From: Escherichia coli
Lineage (GTDB): Bacteria > Pseudomonadota > Gammaproteobacteria > Enterobacterales > Enterobacteriaceae
Direction: 5' to 3' (one strand)
Length of the DNA: 28,028 nt
Assembly: GCF_003334335.1 (NCBI RefSeq)
Contig: NZ_QOWQ01000050.1
This document shows positions 1 through 9,395 of the stretch, one piece after another. Position 1 is the stretch's first letter, and the number at the start of each line of letters is the position of its first letter. A program made the position numbers and the translations under genes. A model generated the notes under the pieces. It searched no databases, was not told the DNA's origin, and saw only the letters and a list, made by a program, of their open reading frames with translations.

Positions 1-197
1 TCCCACTACTTATTTGGTGGACACCACTTTGTCTAATTCGTCAGATTCTGACCAGACGGTTCAGGCTGTACGCTTACGGATATTTCGATGTGTTGTCAAC
101 CACGCTTTTCATCTCTTTTGCCAGCGACAGCATTTTTTCATCGTCATAGGTGAACTGATATTTATCGGTAAGCGTCAACAGAGCGCCGTATTGACAC

Positions 198-1810
198 TTA
201 TTTATCGGTGAAAACTACGTTCCATGGCAGCAGTTCGTCAACACGGTTGGAGGGCCATTCCGGCAGTACGCTCAGGATATGGCGCAGATACGCTTCTGGA
301 TCGATACCGTTCAACCGACAGCTCCCGATTAGTCCGTACAGCAGAGCTCCGCGCTCGCCTCCATGATCGTTGCCGAAGAACATGTAATTCTTTTTCCCGA
401 GACAGACGGCACGAAGCGCTCTTTCTGCTGTGTTATTGTCCGCCTCCGCCAGACCGTCATCACTGTAATAACAGAGGCCGTCCCACTGATTCAGGACATA
501 GCTGAACGCTTCGCCCAGTCTGGATTTTTTCGACAACGTGCCATTCTTCTCCACCATCCATTCATGCAGCGACGTCAGTAACGCTTTGCTTCGCTGCTGC
601 CTGGCTGCAAGACGTTCAGACTCCGGTAAGCCCCGTATTTCATCCTCGATGGCGTACAGTTCACTGATTCGCTTCAGAGCTTCTTCTGCCGTCGTACTTT
701 TGCTGCTGATGTATACATCGTGTATTTTTCGCCGGGCATGGACCCAGCACGCAACTTCTGTCTGTGCACCACCTTCACGTTTGGCACTGAACAGCCGATC
801 GTAACCGCTGAATGCATCCGCCTGCAGGATACCCCGGAAGGGACGAAGGTGTTGTACCGGATGTTTTCCCTGCCTGTCTGGTGAGTAGGCGAACCAGACC
901 GCCGGTGGCTCTGATGAGCCCGCATTCCGGTCATCCCGGACATACGTCCAGATGCGTCCTGTTTTTGCCTTTTTTCTGCCCGGTGTCAGCACTTTTACCG
1001 GTGTGTCGTCAGTGTGAACCTTGCGGGTGTTCATTACATAACGGTACAGGGCATCATTCAGCGGAGTCATTAACTGGCAGCACGCGTCAACCCAGTTGGA
1101 GATTAATGCACGGCTCAGTTCGGCACCCTGTCGGGCAAAGATTTCACTCTGACGATACAGTGGCAGGTGTTCGCAGTATTTTCCCGTTAACACGCGGGCA
1201 AGTAATCCGGAGCCCGCGATGCCGCGCGCTATCGGGCGGGACGGCGCTGGCGCTTCAACTATATAGTCACATTTTGTACAGGCTTTTTTTACCCGAACAG
1301 TGCGGATCACTTTCAGGGCGCTACTCACCAGTTCCAGTTGCTCAGCACTGACTTCACCCAGATAATCCAGCTCACTGCCACACTCCGGGCAACAACTTTC
1401 TTCAGGCTCCAGGCGGTGTATTTCACGGGGAAGATGTGCTGGTAACGGACGACGATGACGTGACTGTCGCAACTGGCGGGGAACCTGCGGGTCATCCTCA
1501 CTCCCACTGTAACGATCGCTTTCCTGTTCGCGTTGTTTCAGTTGGGCCTCAGCCTGTTCAACCTCACGCTGCAGTTTTTCAGAACGGGTACCGAACAGCA
1601 TCCGGCGCAGTTTTTCTATCTGGGCCCTCAGATATTCTATTTCCCGCTCCTCCTCTTCGATCTTTTCTTCGGCACGTGCCAGTGCAGAGCGCAGGAAGGC
1701 CCCGTCTCTTCAACCAGACTCAGTTGCAGATCTCTCTGACGGAGGGCTTCAGCCTGCTCAGAGAGCAGCCTTTCCAGCTCAGTGATACGAATGAGGTATT
1801 TCCGACTCAT
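198..1810 (-). pseudogene. tnpC: IS66-family transposase TnpC, disrupted by a frameshift
   Basis: N-terminal 57 codons (MSRKYLIRITELERLLSEQAEALRQRD...) from the ATG at 1810 run into a stop at 1637-1639. The remaining 467 codons (ORF 198-1601, MLFGTRSEKLQ...LPWNVVFTDK) are in another frame that is open up to a stop at 1710-1712. The shift therefore lies in 1640-1709, most likely a 1-bp deletion near 1700. Confidence 0.8.
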
Positions 1811-1840
1811 GACCGTTTTTATAATCCGGCCATGACATTT

Positions 1841-2191
1841 TTACAACATTGTCAGTGCGTTAAGACGGGATGTTTTTGGCTGACGCCAGTCCAGCTTATC
1901 GAGGAGCATTGCCAGCTGCGAGCGGGTAATGGATACCTTACCGTCACGCACCGCAGGCCAGATAAACTGGCCTTCCTCCAGGCGTTTGGTGAACAGGCAC
2001 AGACCATCAGCATCAGCCCAGAGGATTTTAATCATGTTACTCCGTCGGCCACGGAAGATGAACAGGTGACCGGAGAAGGGGGTCTCATCCAGCACATGTT
2101 GTACCTGTTCACCCAGACCGTTGAAGGATTTACGCATATCAGTAACGCCGGCAACCAGCCAGATTCGAGTGTCTGATGGGAGCGAGATCAT
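1841..2191 (-). CDS. tnpB: IS66-family accessory protein TnpB (orf2)
   Basis: 116-aa ORF (MISLPSDTRIWLVAGVTDMRKSFNGL...) characteristic of IS66 orf2; start overlaps the tnpA stop by 4 nt. Confidence 0.85.
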   Translation of the reverse strand: MISLPSDTRIWLVAGVTDMRKSFNGLGEQVQHVLDETPFSGHLFIFRGRRSNMIKILWADADGLCLFTKRLEEGQFIWPAVRDGKVSITRSQLAMLLDKLDWRQPKTSRLNALTML

Positions 2192-2613
2192 CGCCCCCTC
2201 CCGGTCAGTTCACGGATCAACACCGTGAGCAGCTCTGGTGAAGGATTTTCCAGCGTCATGTTACCGTGGCGGAACTCAACTTTACAGGAACTGGCACTGA
2301 CTGTGCTTTGTGAAGGAGTGGATAAAAGCGGAGTAAGAGCCGCCATAGGCTCTTTCTGCTCATCAGGCGTTATCTCAACAGGTAATAATTCAACGCCAGC
2401 GCCAGAAGAGGTTGTTACCGGAAGACGCCGCGATATACGCCCTTCGTTCTGCCAGAGCCTGAGCCATTTGAACAGGAGGTTATCATTGATATCGTGTTCC
2501 CTGGCAATACGGGCAACAGAGGCTCCTAGTTGTGAAGCCAGTTTAACCATTTGAAGTTTAAACTCATTTGAAAATGTTCTGCGGGGTTCTGCGGATAATA
2601 TTTTCTGTTCCAT
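2188..2613 (-). CDS. tnpA: IS66-family accessory protein TnpA (orf1)
   Basis: 141-aa ORF (MEQKILSAEPRRTFSNEFKLQMVKLASQLGASVARIAREHDIN...) with helix-turn-helix-like N-terminus typical of IS66 orf1; first gene after the terminal repeat. Confidence 0.85.
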   Translation of the reverse strand: MEQKILSAEPRRTFSNEFKLQMVKLASQLGASVARIAREHDINDNLLFKWLRLWQNEGRISRRLPVTTSSGAGVELLPVEITPDEQKEPMAALTPLLSTPSQSTVSASSCKVEFRHGNMTLENPSPELLTVLIRELTGRGR

Positions 2614-3274
2614 AACAGGTGTCCACTAGTTGATGAAAAGGTGGGCACCTACGTTACCAATACTGGCTTAATGGCTACATACGGCGGTCAGTTTACGCTT
2701 ACCATGTATCTGGCGAGTGAAGCTTTATGTCGTGTTCTGGCGTGTCCTGTGTTAGTTAGAACACGCCATCGATGGTCAGCAGGTTCATATTGCACCAGAG
2801 CGGATACAGCGTGGTGTTATGTCAGGGCTGCGCTGTTTACGTGAACACGTGGCGTACGGCCCCGCTTCCTGGCCGCTGCTGGGCATGGATCACGGCGCGA
2901 CAAAGGGGCGACTACCTGGCAGCATGTGTCCAGCCGGTTCACAATCTGGTGAAGGTTCCTTACGCTCATGGGCCATACTGATAATTCACCAGGCCATCAT
3001 TTCCAGAGGAAGACGCCGTTTGCGTAGCGTGACAGTGTCGGACTCTTCAGGGCTGTGGGTAATCAGTTCCGGGGCAAGATAGTCGCAGAGGGTTACGCAG
3101 AGAATGGTAACTGGACACTGGATCGATCAACCGATCCTTAACTGAGCGGCATGACAGCTTTCTGATGGTTTTTTTTTGATAATCTTCACATTGTGCTTCT
3201 TTTCTGTTGGATAATCTTTGTACTTGGTGGTGTACTAGGTATCCCATTATGCAGTTAAGTGAAGGTGATTAAAA

Positions 3275-4192
3275 ATGCAATGTGAATTTAAAGGGGTCAT
3301 ATCAGCATTACCCACTCCTTATGACCAATCCCAGCAAATCGATATGGAGAGTCTTCGAAAACTGATCCGTTTTAATATCGAACAAAATATTAAGGGATTG
3401 TATGTTGGAGGCTCTACTGGAGAAGCATTTCTTCAGAATGTTGCAGAGCGAGAAAAAATTCTTGAAACAGTAGCCGATGAATCAGATGGAAGACTGACAC
3501 TTATAGCGCATGTGGGCGGAATCAGTACGGCAGAAAGCGAGGTACTTGCAAAAGCTGCAAAAAAATACGGATATCATGCTATATCTGCTGTTACTCCATT
3601 TTATTATCCTTTTTCATTTGAAGAGCATTGTATCCATTACAGGAAGATTATTGATTCTGCAGATGGACTTCCTATGGTAGTTTATAATATACCGGCTCTT
3701 AGCGGAGTGCGTTTTTCTTTAGATCAGATAAATGAGCTTGTCACAATACCCAGGGTTTGTGCATTAAAACAGACATCCGGTGATTTATTCCAGATGGAAC
3801 AAATCAAAAGGAATCATCCAGAGCTTGTGTTATATAATGGTTACGATGAAATATTTGCATCAGGGTTAATTGCAGGTGCAGATGGGGGAATCGGTAGTAC
3901 ATATAATATAATGGGGTGGCGTTATCTTGAAATATTTGAAGCAGTCAAAAACAATGATGTGATTAAGGCGAAGGAAATACAGGTAGCCTGTAACCAGGTT
4001 ATTGACACTCTTATTCAGAGTGGTGTCCTGGCAGGTATAAAAACTCTTCTTTACTATATGGGGATTATAAATACTCCTGTATGCAGAAGTCCTTTTTCTC
4101 CGGTAAAGGAAAAGAATCTGGATGTATTATCAAAACTTGCAGAGCGACTGCTCGAAGAACATGACAGAAACAAAAAAATGAAAATAATCTGA
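3275..4192 (+). CDS. nanA: N-acetylneuraminate lyase, NanA paralogue (DapA/DHDPS family)
   Basis: 305-aa ORF with long colinear matches to E. coli NanA as recalled ([91 protein letters not shown]). RBS aaggtga 6 nt upstream. AT-rich codon usage. Confidence 0.9.
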   Translation: MQCEFKGVISALPTPYDQSQQIDMESLRKLIRFNIEQNIKGLYVGGSTGEAFLQNVAEREKILETVADESDGRLTLIAHVGGISTAESEVLAKAAKKYGYHAISAVTPFYYPFSFEEHCIHYRKIIDSADGLPMVVYNIPALSGVRFSLDQINELVTIPRVCALKQTSGDLFQMEQIKRNHPELVLYNGYDEIFASGLIAGADGGIGSTYNIMGWRYLEIFEAVKNNDVIKAKEIQVACNQVIDTLIQSGVLAGIKTLLYYMGIINTPVCRSPFSPVKEKNLDVLSKLAERLLEEHDRNKKMKII

Positions 4193-4225
4193 ATAATTGC
4201 AAGATTGTTATATAGGTGAAAATGA

Positions 4226-5101
4226 ATGATAACACTGGCTGTTGATATAGGAGGAACGAAAATTTCAGCGGCGTTGATATCTGATGACGGTTCATTTTTG
4301 CTGAAAAAACAGATATCAACACCTCATGAAAGATGTCCTGACGAAATGACAGGGGCTTTACGTCTACTGGTTTCTGAAATGAAGGGAACAGCGGAGCGAT
4401 TTGCAGTAGCATCAACAGGGATTATTAATAATGGAGTATTGACAGCTCTGAATCCAGACAATCTTGGAGGGCTGAAAGAGTATCCTCTGAAAAATATAAT
4501 GGAAGATATAACTGGTTTAAATGGAAGTGTGATAAATGATGCCCAGGCAGCCGCATGGGCAGAATATACAGTTTTGCCAAAAGAAATTTGTGATATGGTT
4601 TTTATAACCGTTTCTACGGGGGTTGGAGGGGGAATTGTAGTTAACAGAAAATTATTAACAGGTGTTTCTGGATTAGCCGGACATGTTGGGCATATATTGT
4701 CCGGAGTAACGGATACAGAATGTGGATGTGGTCGTCGGGGATGCGTTGAAGCGGTTTCATCTGGTCGGGCCATCATGGGGGCAGCAAAAAATAAACTTGC
4801 AGGATATAGCACCAAATATATTTTTGAATTAGCGAGACAGGGATATAAGGAAGCAGAATTTTTGACAGAGCGTTCTGCCAGTACTATTGCTGAATTAATA
4901 GTAAGTTTAAAATTACTGCTTGATTGTCAGGTTGTTGTTGTCGGAGGAAGTGTTGGACTTGCTGATGGGTATGTTCAGAAAGTGTCGAAACATCTTTCCA
5001 TATATTCTGAAATTTGTAATGTAATGCTGTTTCCGGCATATTTCAGAAGTGACTCTGGTCTTATTGGTGCAACTCTTTGGGACCGGGATTGTATTACTTA
5101 A
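4226..5101 (+). CDS. nanK: ROK-family N-acetylmannosamine kinase, NanK-like
   Basis: 291-aa ORF; N-terminal LAVDIGGTK and motifs INDAQAAAWAE, MVFITVSTGVGGG, GHVGH, CGCGRRGCVEA match the ROK/NanK pattern. Sits directly downstream of the nanA paralogue. Confidence 0.8.
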   Translation: MITLAVDIGGTKISAALISDDGSFLLKKQISTPHERCPDEMTGALRLLVSEMKGTAERFAVASTGIINNGVLTALNPDNLGGLKEYPLKNIMEDITGLNGSVINDAQAAAWAEYTVLPKEICDMVFITVSTGVGGGIVVNRKLLTGVSGLAGHVGHILSGVTDTECGCGRRGCVEAVSSGRAIMGAAKNKLAGYSTKYIFELARQGYKEAEFLTERSASTIAELIVSLKLLLDCQVVVVGGSVGLADGYVQKVSKHLSIYSEICNVMLFPAYFRSDSGLIGATLWDRDCIT

Positions 5102-5149
5102 AGTAATACTCCAGTGTATTATAAATCCGCTATTATTGTGAGGTTTAAT

Positions 5150-6622
5150 ATGGACTCCTGTATTCAGAAAAAGCAGGTTTGGTATAAGCATCTTTCACCC
5201 AGACAGTGGAAGATATTCGGTGCGGCATGGACAGGTTATTTACTTGATGGTTTTGATTTCGTTCTGATATCTCTGGTTCTTACAGAGGTTCAGCATGAAT
5301 TCGGCTTGACGACAATAGAAGCGGCAAGCCTTATTTCCGCTGCTTTTATTTCCCGATGGTTTGGGGGGCTTGCTATTGGCGCTTTATCGGACAAGATGGG
5401 GCGCAGGATGGCAATGGTTTTAAGTATAGTGCTATTCTCTCTCGGAACCCTTGCCTGTGGTCTGGCTCCTGGATATGCAGTGATGTTTATTGCTCGCATT
5501 GTTATTGGGCTTGGTATGGCAGGTGAATATGGCTCAAGTGTAACATATGTTATCGAAAGCTGGCCTGTTCATCTCAGAAACAAGGCAAGTGGTTTTTTAA
5601 TTTCTGGATTTTCTATTGGGGGAGGTTTAGCTGCACAGGTTTATAGCATTGTAGTACCACTATGGGGCTGGCGTTCTCTTTTCTTTGTCGGCATGCTTCC
5701 AATATTATTTGCTTTTTATCTTCGCAAGAATCTTCCGGAGTCTGATGACTGGCAAAAAAGGCAACAAGAGAATAAACCCGTCAGAACAATGGTGGATATT
5801 CTGTACAGAGAAAAGAATAAATACATAAATATTCTTCTGTCTTGTATTGCATTTGCATGTCTATATGTTTGTTTTTCAGGCGTCACTGCAAACGCTGCTT
5901 TAATCACAGTTATGGCATTGTGCTGTGCGGCTGTTTTTATCAGTTTTATATATCAGGGTATGGGGAAAAGATGGCCAACAGGCATTATGTTGATGCTTGT
6001 GGTTATGTTCTGTTTCCTCTACGGATGGCCACTGCAGGCTTTTCTTCCTACATGGCTTAAGGTTGATATGCAGTATTCACCAGAAACTGTTGCTCTCATA
6101 TTTATGCTGGCAGGTTTTGGCTCTGCAGCTGGAAGTTGTATAGGTGGTTTTATGGGGGACTGGCTTGGAACCCGAAAAGCATATGTTATATCACTTCTTA
6201 TCGGTCAGCTTGTTATTATCCCCGTTTTTCTTGTGGACCGGGACTATGTATGGTTACTTGGCCTTCTAATCTTTACTCAGCAGGTTTTTGGTCAGGGGAT
6301 TGGTGCTCTGGTGCCGAAAATAATCAGTGGTTATTTTAATGTGGAGCAGCGTGCGGCAGGACTGGGGTTTATTTATAATGTAGGTTCACTTGGTGGAGCA
6401 TGTGCGCCTATTCTTGGTGCAGTTGTTGCGTCTCATACAAGTCTTGGTACAGCAATGTGTTCTCTTGCTTTTATCTTAACATTTGTTGTTCTTGTCCTTA
6501 TTGGTTTTGATATGCCATCACGTGTACAGAGATGGATCCATCCAGAAGCTGCGCTTGAATATGATACTGTCGATGGAAAACCTTTTTATGGAGCAAGAAA
6601 AAAGAATGTTGCAGAAGAATAA
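5150..6622 (+). CDS. nanT: MFS sialic acid transporter, NanT-like
   Basis: About 490 aa counted from the ATG at 5150, which has an RBS (gtgagg) 6 nt upstream; the ORF track's upstream ATG at 5114 lacks one. Near-identical blocks to E. coli NanT as recalled: [88 protein letters not shown]. Confidence 0.85.
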   Translation: MDSCIQKKQVWYKHLSPRQWKIFGAAWTGYLLDGFDFVLISLVLTEVQHEFGLTTIEAASLISAAFISRWFGGLAIGALSDKMGRRMAMVLSIVLFSLGTLACGLAPGYAVMFIARIVIGLGMAGEYGSSVTYVIESWPVHLRNKASGFLISGFSIGGGLAAQVYSIVVPLWGWRSLFFVGMLPILFAFYLRKNLPESDDWQKRQQENKPVRTMVDILYREKNKYINILLSCIAFACLYVCFSGVTANAALITVMALCCAAVFISFIYQGMGKRWPTGIMLMLVVMFCFLYGWPLQAFLPTWLKVDMQYSPETVALIFMLAGFGSAAGSCIGGFMGDWLGTRKAYVISLLIGQLVIIPVFLVDRDYVWLLGLLIFTQQVFGQGIGALVPKIISGYFNVEQRAAGLGFIYNVGSLGGACAPILGAVVASHTSLGTAMCSLAFILTFVVLVLIGFDMPSRVQRWIHPEAALEYDTVDGKPFYGARKKNVAEE

Positions 6623-6646
6623 CGGATGCTATCAGGGAATAAAAAA

Positions 6647-7456
6647 ATGATTCATTACAGGGAGAATATATATTCTCTTGATAATTATGAGCGTTACATA
6701 ACTGACAGTTCGCTATTTGAGAATACTGGCGATGGCATAATATATACAGGTATTGTGCCCCTTATTACAGTTGTTGAGCCTGTTGTATCTAATCAACATA
6801 GTGTGCTGATTATACCTGGAGGTGGATACAGGAGGATTGTTTATGAAAGAGAGGGACTTGATGTTGGCAGATGGATAGCAGGTCAGGGATATACGGCATT
6901 TATTCTTTCTTACAGAATGCCCTCCGTTAATGGTTATTATTCCTTTGCAGATGCGAAGAATGCCCTGAACTTTATTTCTTACTGGGCCGGAATGTCGGAG
7001 AGAACATTTAAGAGTGTTGGGTGTATGGGGTTTTCGGCAGGTGGTCATCTTGCTGGATATATTACTCATCTCCATTATGAGGAAGAGACTTCTGTGCGTC
7101 CTGACTGGATGGCTCTGATATATCCAGTTATATCTCTTGACAGGAGTATTGCTCATCAGGGATGCCGGAAACGTCTTCTGGATGCAGGTGAAAGTGAATA
7201 TTCAGCCAGTCTTGAAAATAGTGTTACAGAGTATATGCCACCAGTCTTTATTGTGCATGCAACAGATGATAAGGATGTTCCAGTTATTCATTCTCTGAGA
7301 TATTTTAACTCTATTCGGGATAAGGGACATCATGCAGAAGCTCATTTTTTTGATAAGGGGGGTCATGGATTTGGTGTATCCGGAAAAAATGGATATCCGA
7401 TAGAAAAATGGCAAAGCCTGCTTCTGGAATGGCTTGCGGAACATAAGTTTCATTGA
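6647..7456 (+). CDS. alpha/beta-hydrolase fold esterase (fold-3 / acetyl-esterase-like); putative sugar O-acetyl esterase (est1)
   Basis: ORF in frame from 6626; preferred start is the ATG at 6647 with RBS aggga. Oxyanion-hole motif IIPGGGY, nucleophile elbow GFSAGGH, C-terminal DD..VP and GGHGF motifs. No obvious signal peptide. Starts a few nt after the nanT stop, so likely co-transcribed. Confidence 0.7.
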   Translation: MIHYRENIYSLDNYERYITDSSLFENTGDGIIYTGIVPLITVVEPVVSNQHSVLIIPGGGYRRIVYEREGLDVGRWIAGQGYTAFILSYRMPSVNGYYSFADAKNALNFISYWAGMSERTFKSVGCMGFSAGGHLAGYITHLHYEEETSVRPDWMALIYPVISLDRSIAHQGCRKRLLDAGESEYSASLENSVTEYMPPVFIVHATDDKDVPVIHSLRYFNSIRDKGHHAEAHFFDKGGHGFGVSGKNGYPIEKWQSLLLEWLAEHKFH

Positions 7457-7501
7457 GAAATCAAATTACAAGTGATAAATATATTTAATGATGAGGCATT
7501 T

Positions 7502-8212
7502 ATGAAAAAATATTATCCACTATTAACTGTAATTCTTCTTGGTTTACCTTTGTGCTCTCAGGCATTAACTCTTAATCTACGTGGGGGATACAGAAGCGCC
7601 AGTCAGGCTTATGAAACGTTGATTCAGGTTAGTCAGGGGTGGAATAATGGTTGGTGGGCAAGTTTTGAGTCAAACACCTGGAATACAATTCACAACAATG
7701 AAAATGAATTGTTTGCACTCAATTATAATAAAATAGATATAAATAAAACATATAAAATAGATGACAAATGGGCTCTAATCCCAGGGATTCAGACACAATG
7801 GATGTCAGCAGGAAGTCAGTATAACCCTTATCTGAAAATTTCGTATCAGGCAACGCCAGATCTTAATCTGGCCTTACGCTATCGCTATGACTGGAAAGCT
7901 TTCCGACAGACGGATTTAGATGGCAACAGGGCGCGTAATGATCAGCATCAGTTTGATGGTTATGTGACATACAAAATTAATGATTCATGGTTGTTTGCAT
8001 GGCAGACCACGGTATATACGAAGGTTAATAATTTCAAATATGGGAATCATAAAAAAACAGCAACTGAAAATGCATTTGTTCTGCAATATAAAATGTCACC
8101 GGTGTTCACCCCATATATAGAATATGATTACCTGGATAAACAAGGGGTGTATAAGGGGAAAGATAATAAACATGAAAATAGTTACCGTGTCGGTGTTCTG
8201 ATTAATTTTTAA
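7502..8212 (+). CDS. nanC: KdgM-family outer-membrane channel, NanC-like (N-acetylneuraminate porin)
   Basis: ORF in frame from 7472; likely start MKKYYPLL at 7502 with a signal peptide. Strong colinear match to E. coli NanC as recalled: RGGYRS.S.AYET...VS.GW.NGWWAS.ESNTWNTIH, RYRYDWKA.RQ.DL, DGYVTY.IN, FAWQTT.Y.K, ANHKK.ATENAFVLQY.M.P..TPYIEYDYLD.QGVY.G.DN..ENSYR.GV. Confidence 0.8.
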   Translation: MKKYYPLLTVILLGLPLCSQALTLNLRGGYRSASQAYETLIQVSQGWNNGWWASFESNTWNTIHNNENELFALNYNKIDINKTYKIDDKWALIPGIQTQWMSAGSQYNPYLKISYQATPDLNLALRYRYDWKAFRQTDLDGNRARNDQHQFDGYVTYKINDSWLFAWQTTVYTKVNNFKYGNHKKTATENAFVLQYKMSPVFTPYIEYDYLDKQGVYKGKDNKHENSYRVGVLINF

Positions 8213-8224
8213 AAGGTGATTACA

Positions 8225-9334
8225 ATGAAAGTGAAAAACTTTATATATCTTCCCTTCTGCTTGTTTATTGGAACGTCGGTAGCCGGAGCTTTACCGGAAA
8301 TTCCTGAACCATTTAAATATGGTGTAGGAGGGATCGAGAATGGTAAAATATATATAGGACTGGGAAGTCTGGGAAATAACTGGTATATGATAGATACAAA
8401 CCAGAGTGAAAAAAAATGGACTAAGATAGCACAATGGCCGACAGTTCCCAGAGAGCAGGCAACAGCTACTATTATTGATGGTAAGATCTATGTATTTGGA
8501 GGAATTGGAAAAGATAAAAGTGGAGTCATAACCTTACAAAAAGATGTCTATTCCTATGATATTGCTAAAGATAAATGGGAAAAATTGATGACCCGTCCCC
8601 CTGTATCTCTTGCCGGTCATGTTTCTTTTATCCATAATGGTCATGCGGTATCTACTGGTGGTGTAAATGAGAATATTTTTAATGGATACTTTTCAGATGT
8701 CGAGTTATCAAAAGGGAATTCCGCGCTGACAGAGAAAGTCAACAGGGATTATTTTAGTAAACCTGCTGATGATTATTTTTTAAATAATCATATAATTTCT
8801 TATGACCCGTCAAAAAACCAGTGGAAGAACCTGGGAACGACTCCATTTCCGGGAACTGCTGGTTCATCGGTGATTTTTGCAGAACAGCAAATTTATATAC
8901 TGGGAGGGGAGAGAAAACCGGGGCTTCGTTCTGTTAGATCCTGGACGGGGGAGCTTTCGCATGATCGAATTAAATGGTCTGAACTTCCACCAGTAGCTTC
9001 ACCCGAGGGGGTGTCAGGAGCATATGCCTCTGTTATTGATGGAAATATCTTTCTGGCCGGTGGTGCATATTTCCCGGGGGCGGCAGAAAAGTATAGCAAT
9101 GGTGAATACTGGTCTCATAAAGGACTGGATAAAGCCTATTCAAAAGAGATATATCAGCTAATAAAAAATGACTGGAAAAAAGTTGGTTCTTTGCCGGAAG
9201 GACTTGCTTATGGTGTAAGCCTGCCCTGGCAGGGGGGGATGCTCATTCTGGGTGGGGAGAAAAAAGATGGTAAAGCTGTTTCAGATGTTATTTATCTGAA
9301 AAAAAATGACAAACAAATAAAGATTGTTAAATAA
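8225..9334 (+). CDS. nanM: N-acetylneuraminate mutarotase/epimerase, NanM-like (Kelch-repeat beta-propeller)
   Basis: ORF open from a GTG at 8216; ATG at 8225 follows an aaaagg RBS. Signal peptide, then motifs matching E. coli NanM (YjhT) as recalled: IYIGLGS.G..WY..DT......KW, YVFGGIGK, NENIFNGYF, PGLR, YGVSLPW......I.GGE...GKAV.D. Confidence 0.85.
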   Translation: MKVKNFIYLPFCLFIGTSVAGALPEIPEPFKYGVGGIENGKIYIGLGSLGNNWYMIDTNQSEKKWTKIAQWPTVPREQATATIIDGKIYVFGGIGKDKSGVITLQKDVYSYDIAKDKWEKLMTRPPVSLAGHVSFIHNGHAVSTGGVNENIFNGYFSDVELSKGNSALTEKVNRDYFSKPADDYFLNNHIISYDPSKNQWKNLGTTPFPGTAGSSVIFAEQQIYILGGERKPGLRSVRSWTGELSHDRIKWSELPPVASPEGVSGAYASVIDGNIFLAGGAYFPGAAEKYSNGEYWSHKGLDKAYSKEIYQLIKNDWKKVGSLPEGLAYGVSLPWQGGMLILGGEKKDGKAVSDVIYLKKNDKQIKIVK

Positions 9335-9342
9335 CTGTAATG

Positions 9343-9380
9343 CAGGTGACTGTATTAGTTGTTCAGTCACCTGAGTTATT
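9343..9380 (+). terminator. Rho-independent terminator-like hairpin after the nanM-like gene
   Basis: Perfect 10-bp inverted repeat caggtgactg (9343-9352) / cagtcacctg (9364-9373) with 11-nt loop, followed by a T-rich tract (agttatttta). Confidence 0.55.
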
Positions 9381-9395
9381 TTAATGGGGTTTATA

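Larger units (their letters stand above)
167..2703 (-). mobile_element. IS66-family insertion sequence, complete copy (tnpA-tnpB-tnpC on minus strand)
   Basis: Three consecutive minus-strand ORFs with the typical IS66 organisation and overlapping tnpA/tnpB (ATGA). Terminal inverted repeats start GGTAAGCG at 167-174 and, as reverse complement, at 2696-2703. Flanking 8 bp are similar but not identical (tatttatc / catgtatc), so the target duplication is imperfect. Boundaries are approximate to a few bp. Confidence 0.85.

Noticed and set aside
1-166. Possible C-terminal fragment of a gene disrupted by the IS66 insertion (minus-strand translation ...DKYQFTYDDEKMLSLAKEMKSVVDNTSKYP*), and the plus-strand ORF 14-211
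   Set aside because: When the insertion is conceptually removed, the minus-strand frame is open for only about 45 codons before an upstream stop, with no recognisable family. ORF 14-211 has no RBS and a low-complexity translation. Both are treated as non-coding.
2641-3082. Three overlapping plus-strand ORFs (67-87 aa) between the IS66 end and the nanA paralogue
   Set aside because: Mutually overlapping in different frames, no RBS, no protein-like motifs. More likely decayed non-coding sequence upstream of the nan promoter.
3130-3200. Possible CRP site (tgata-N6-acatt-like) upstream of the nanA paralogue
   Set aside because: Only one half-site approaches the TGTGA-N6-TCACA consensus. Too weak to report as a feature.
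4324-4815. 163-aa minus-strand ORF inside the nanK-like gene, and similar ORFs antisense to the nanA/nanT paralogues
   Set aside because: Fully embedded antisense to confidently assigned genes; no motifs.
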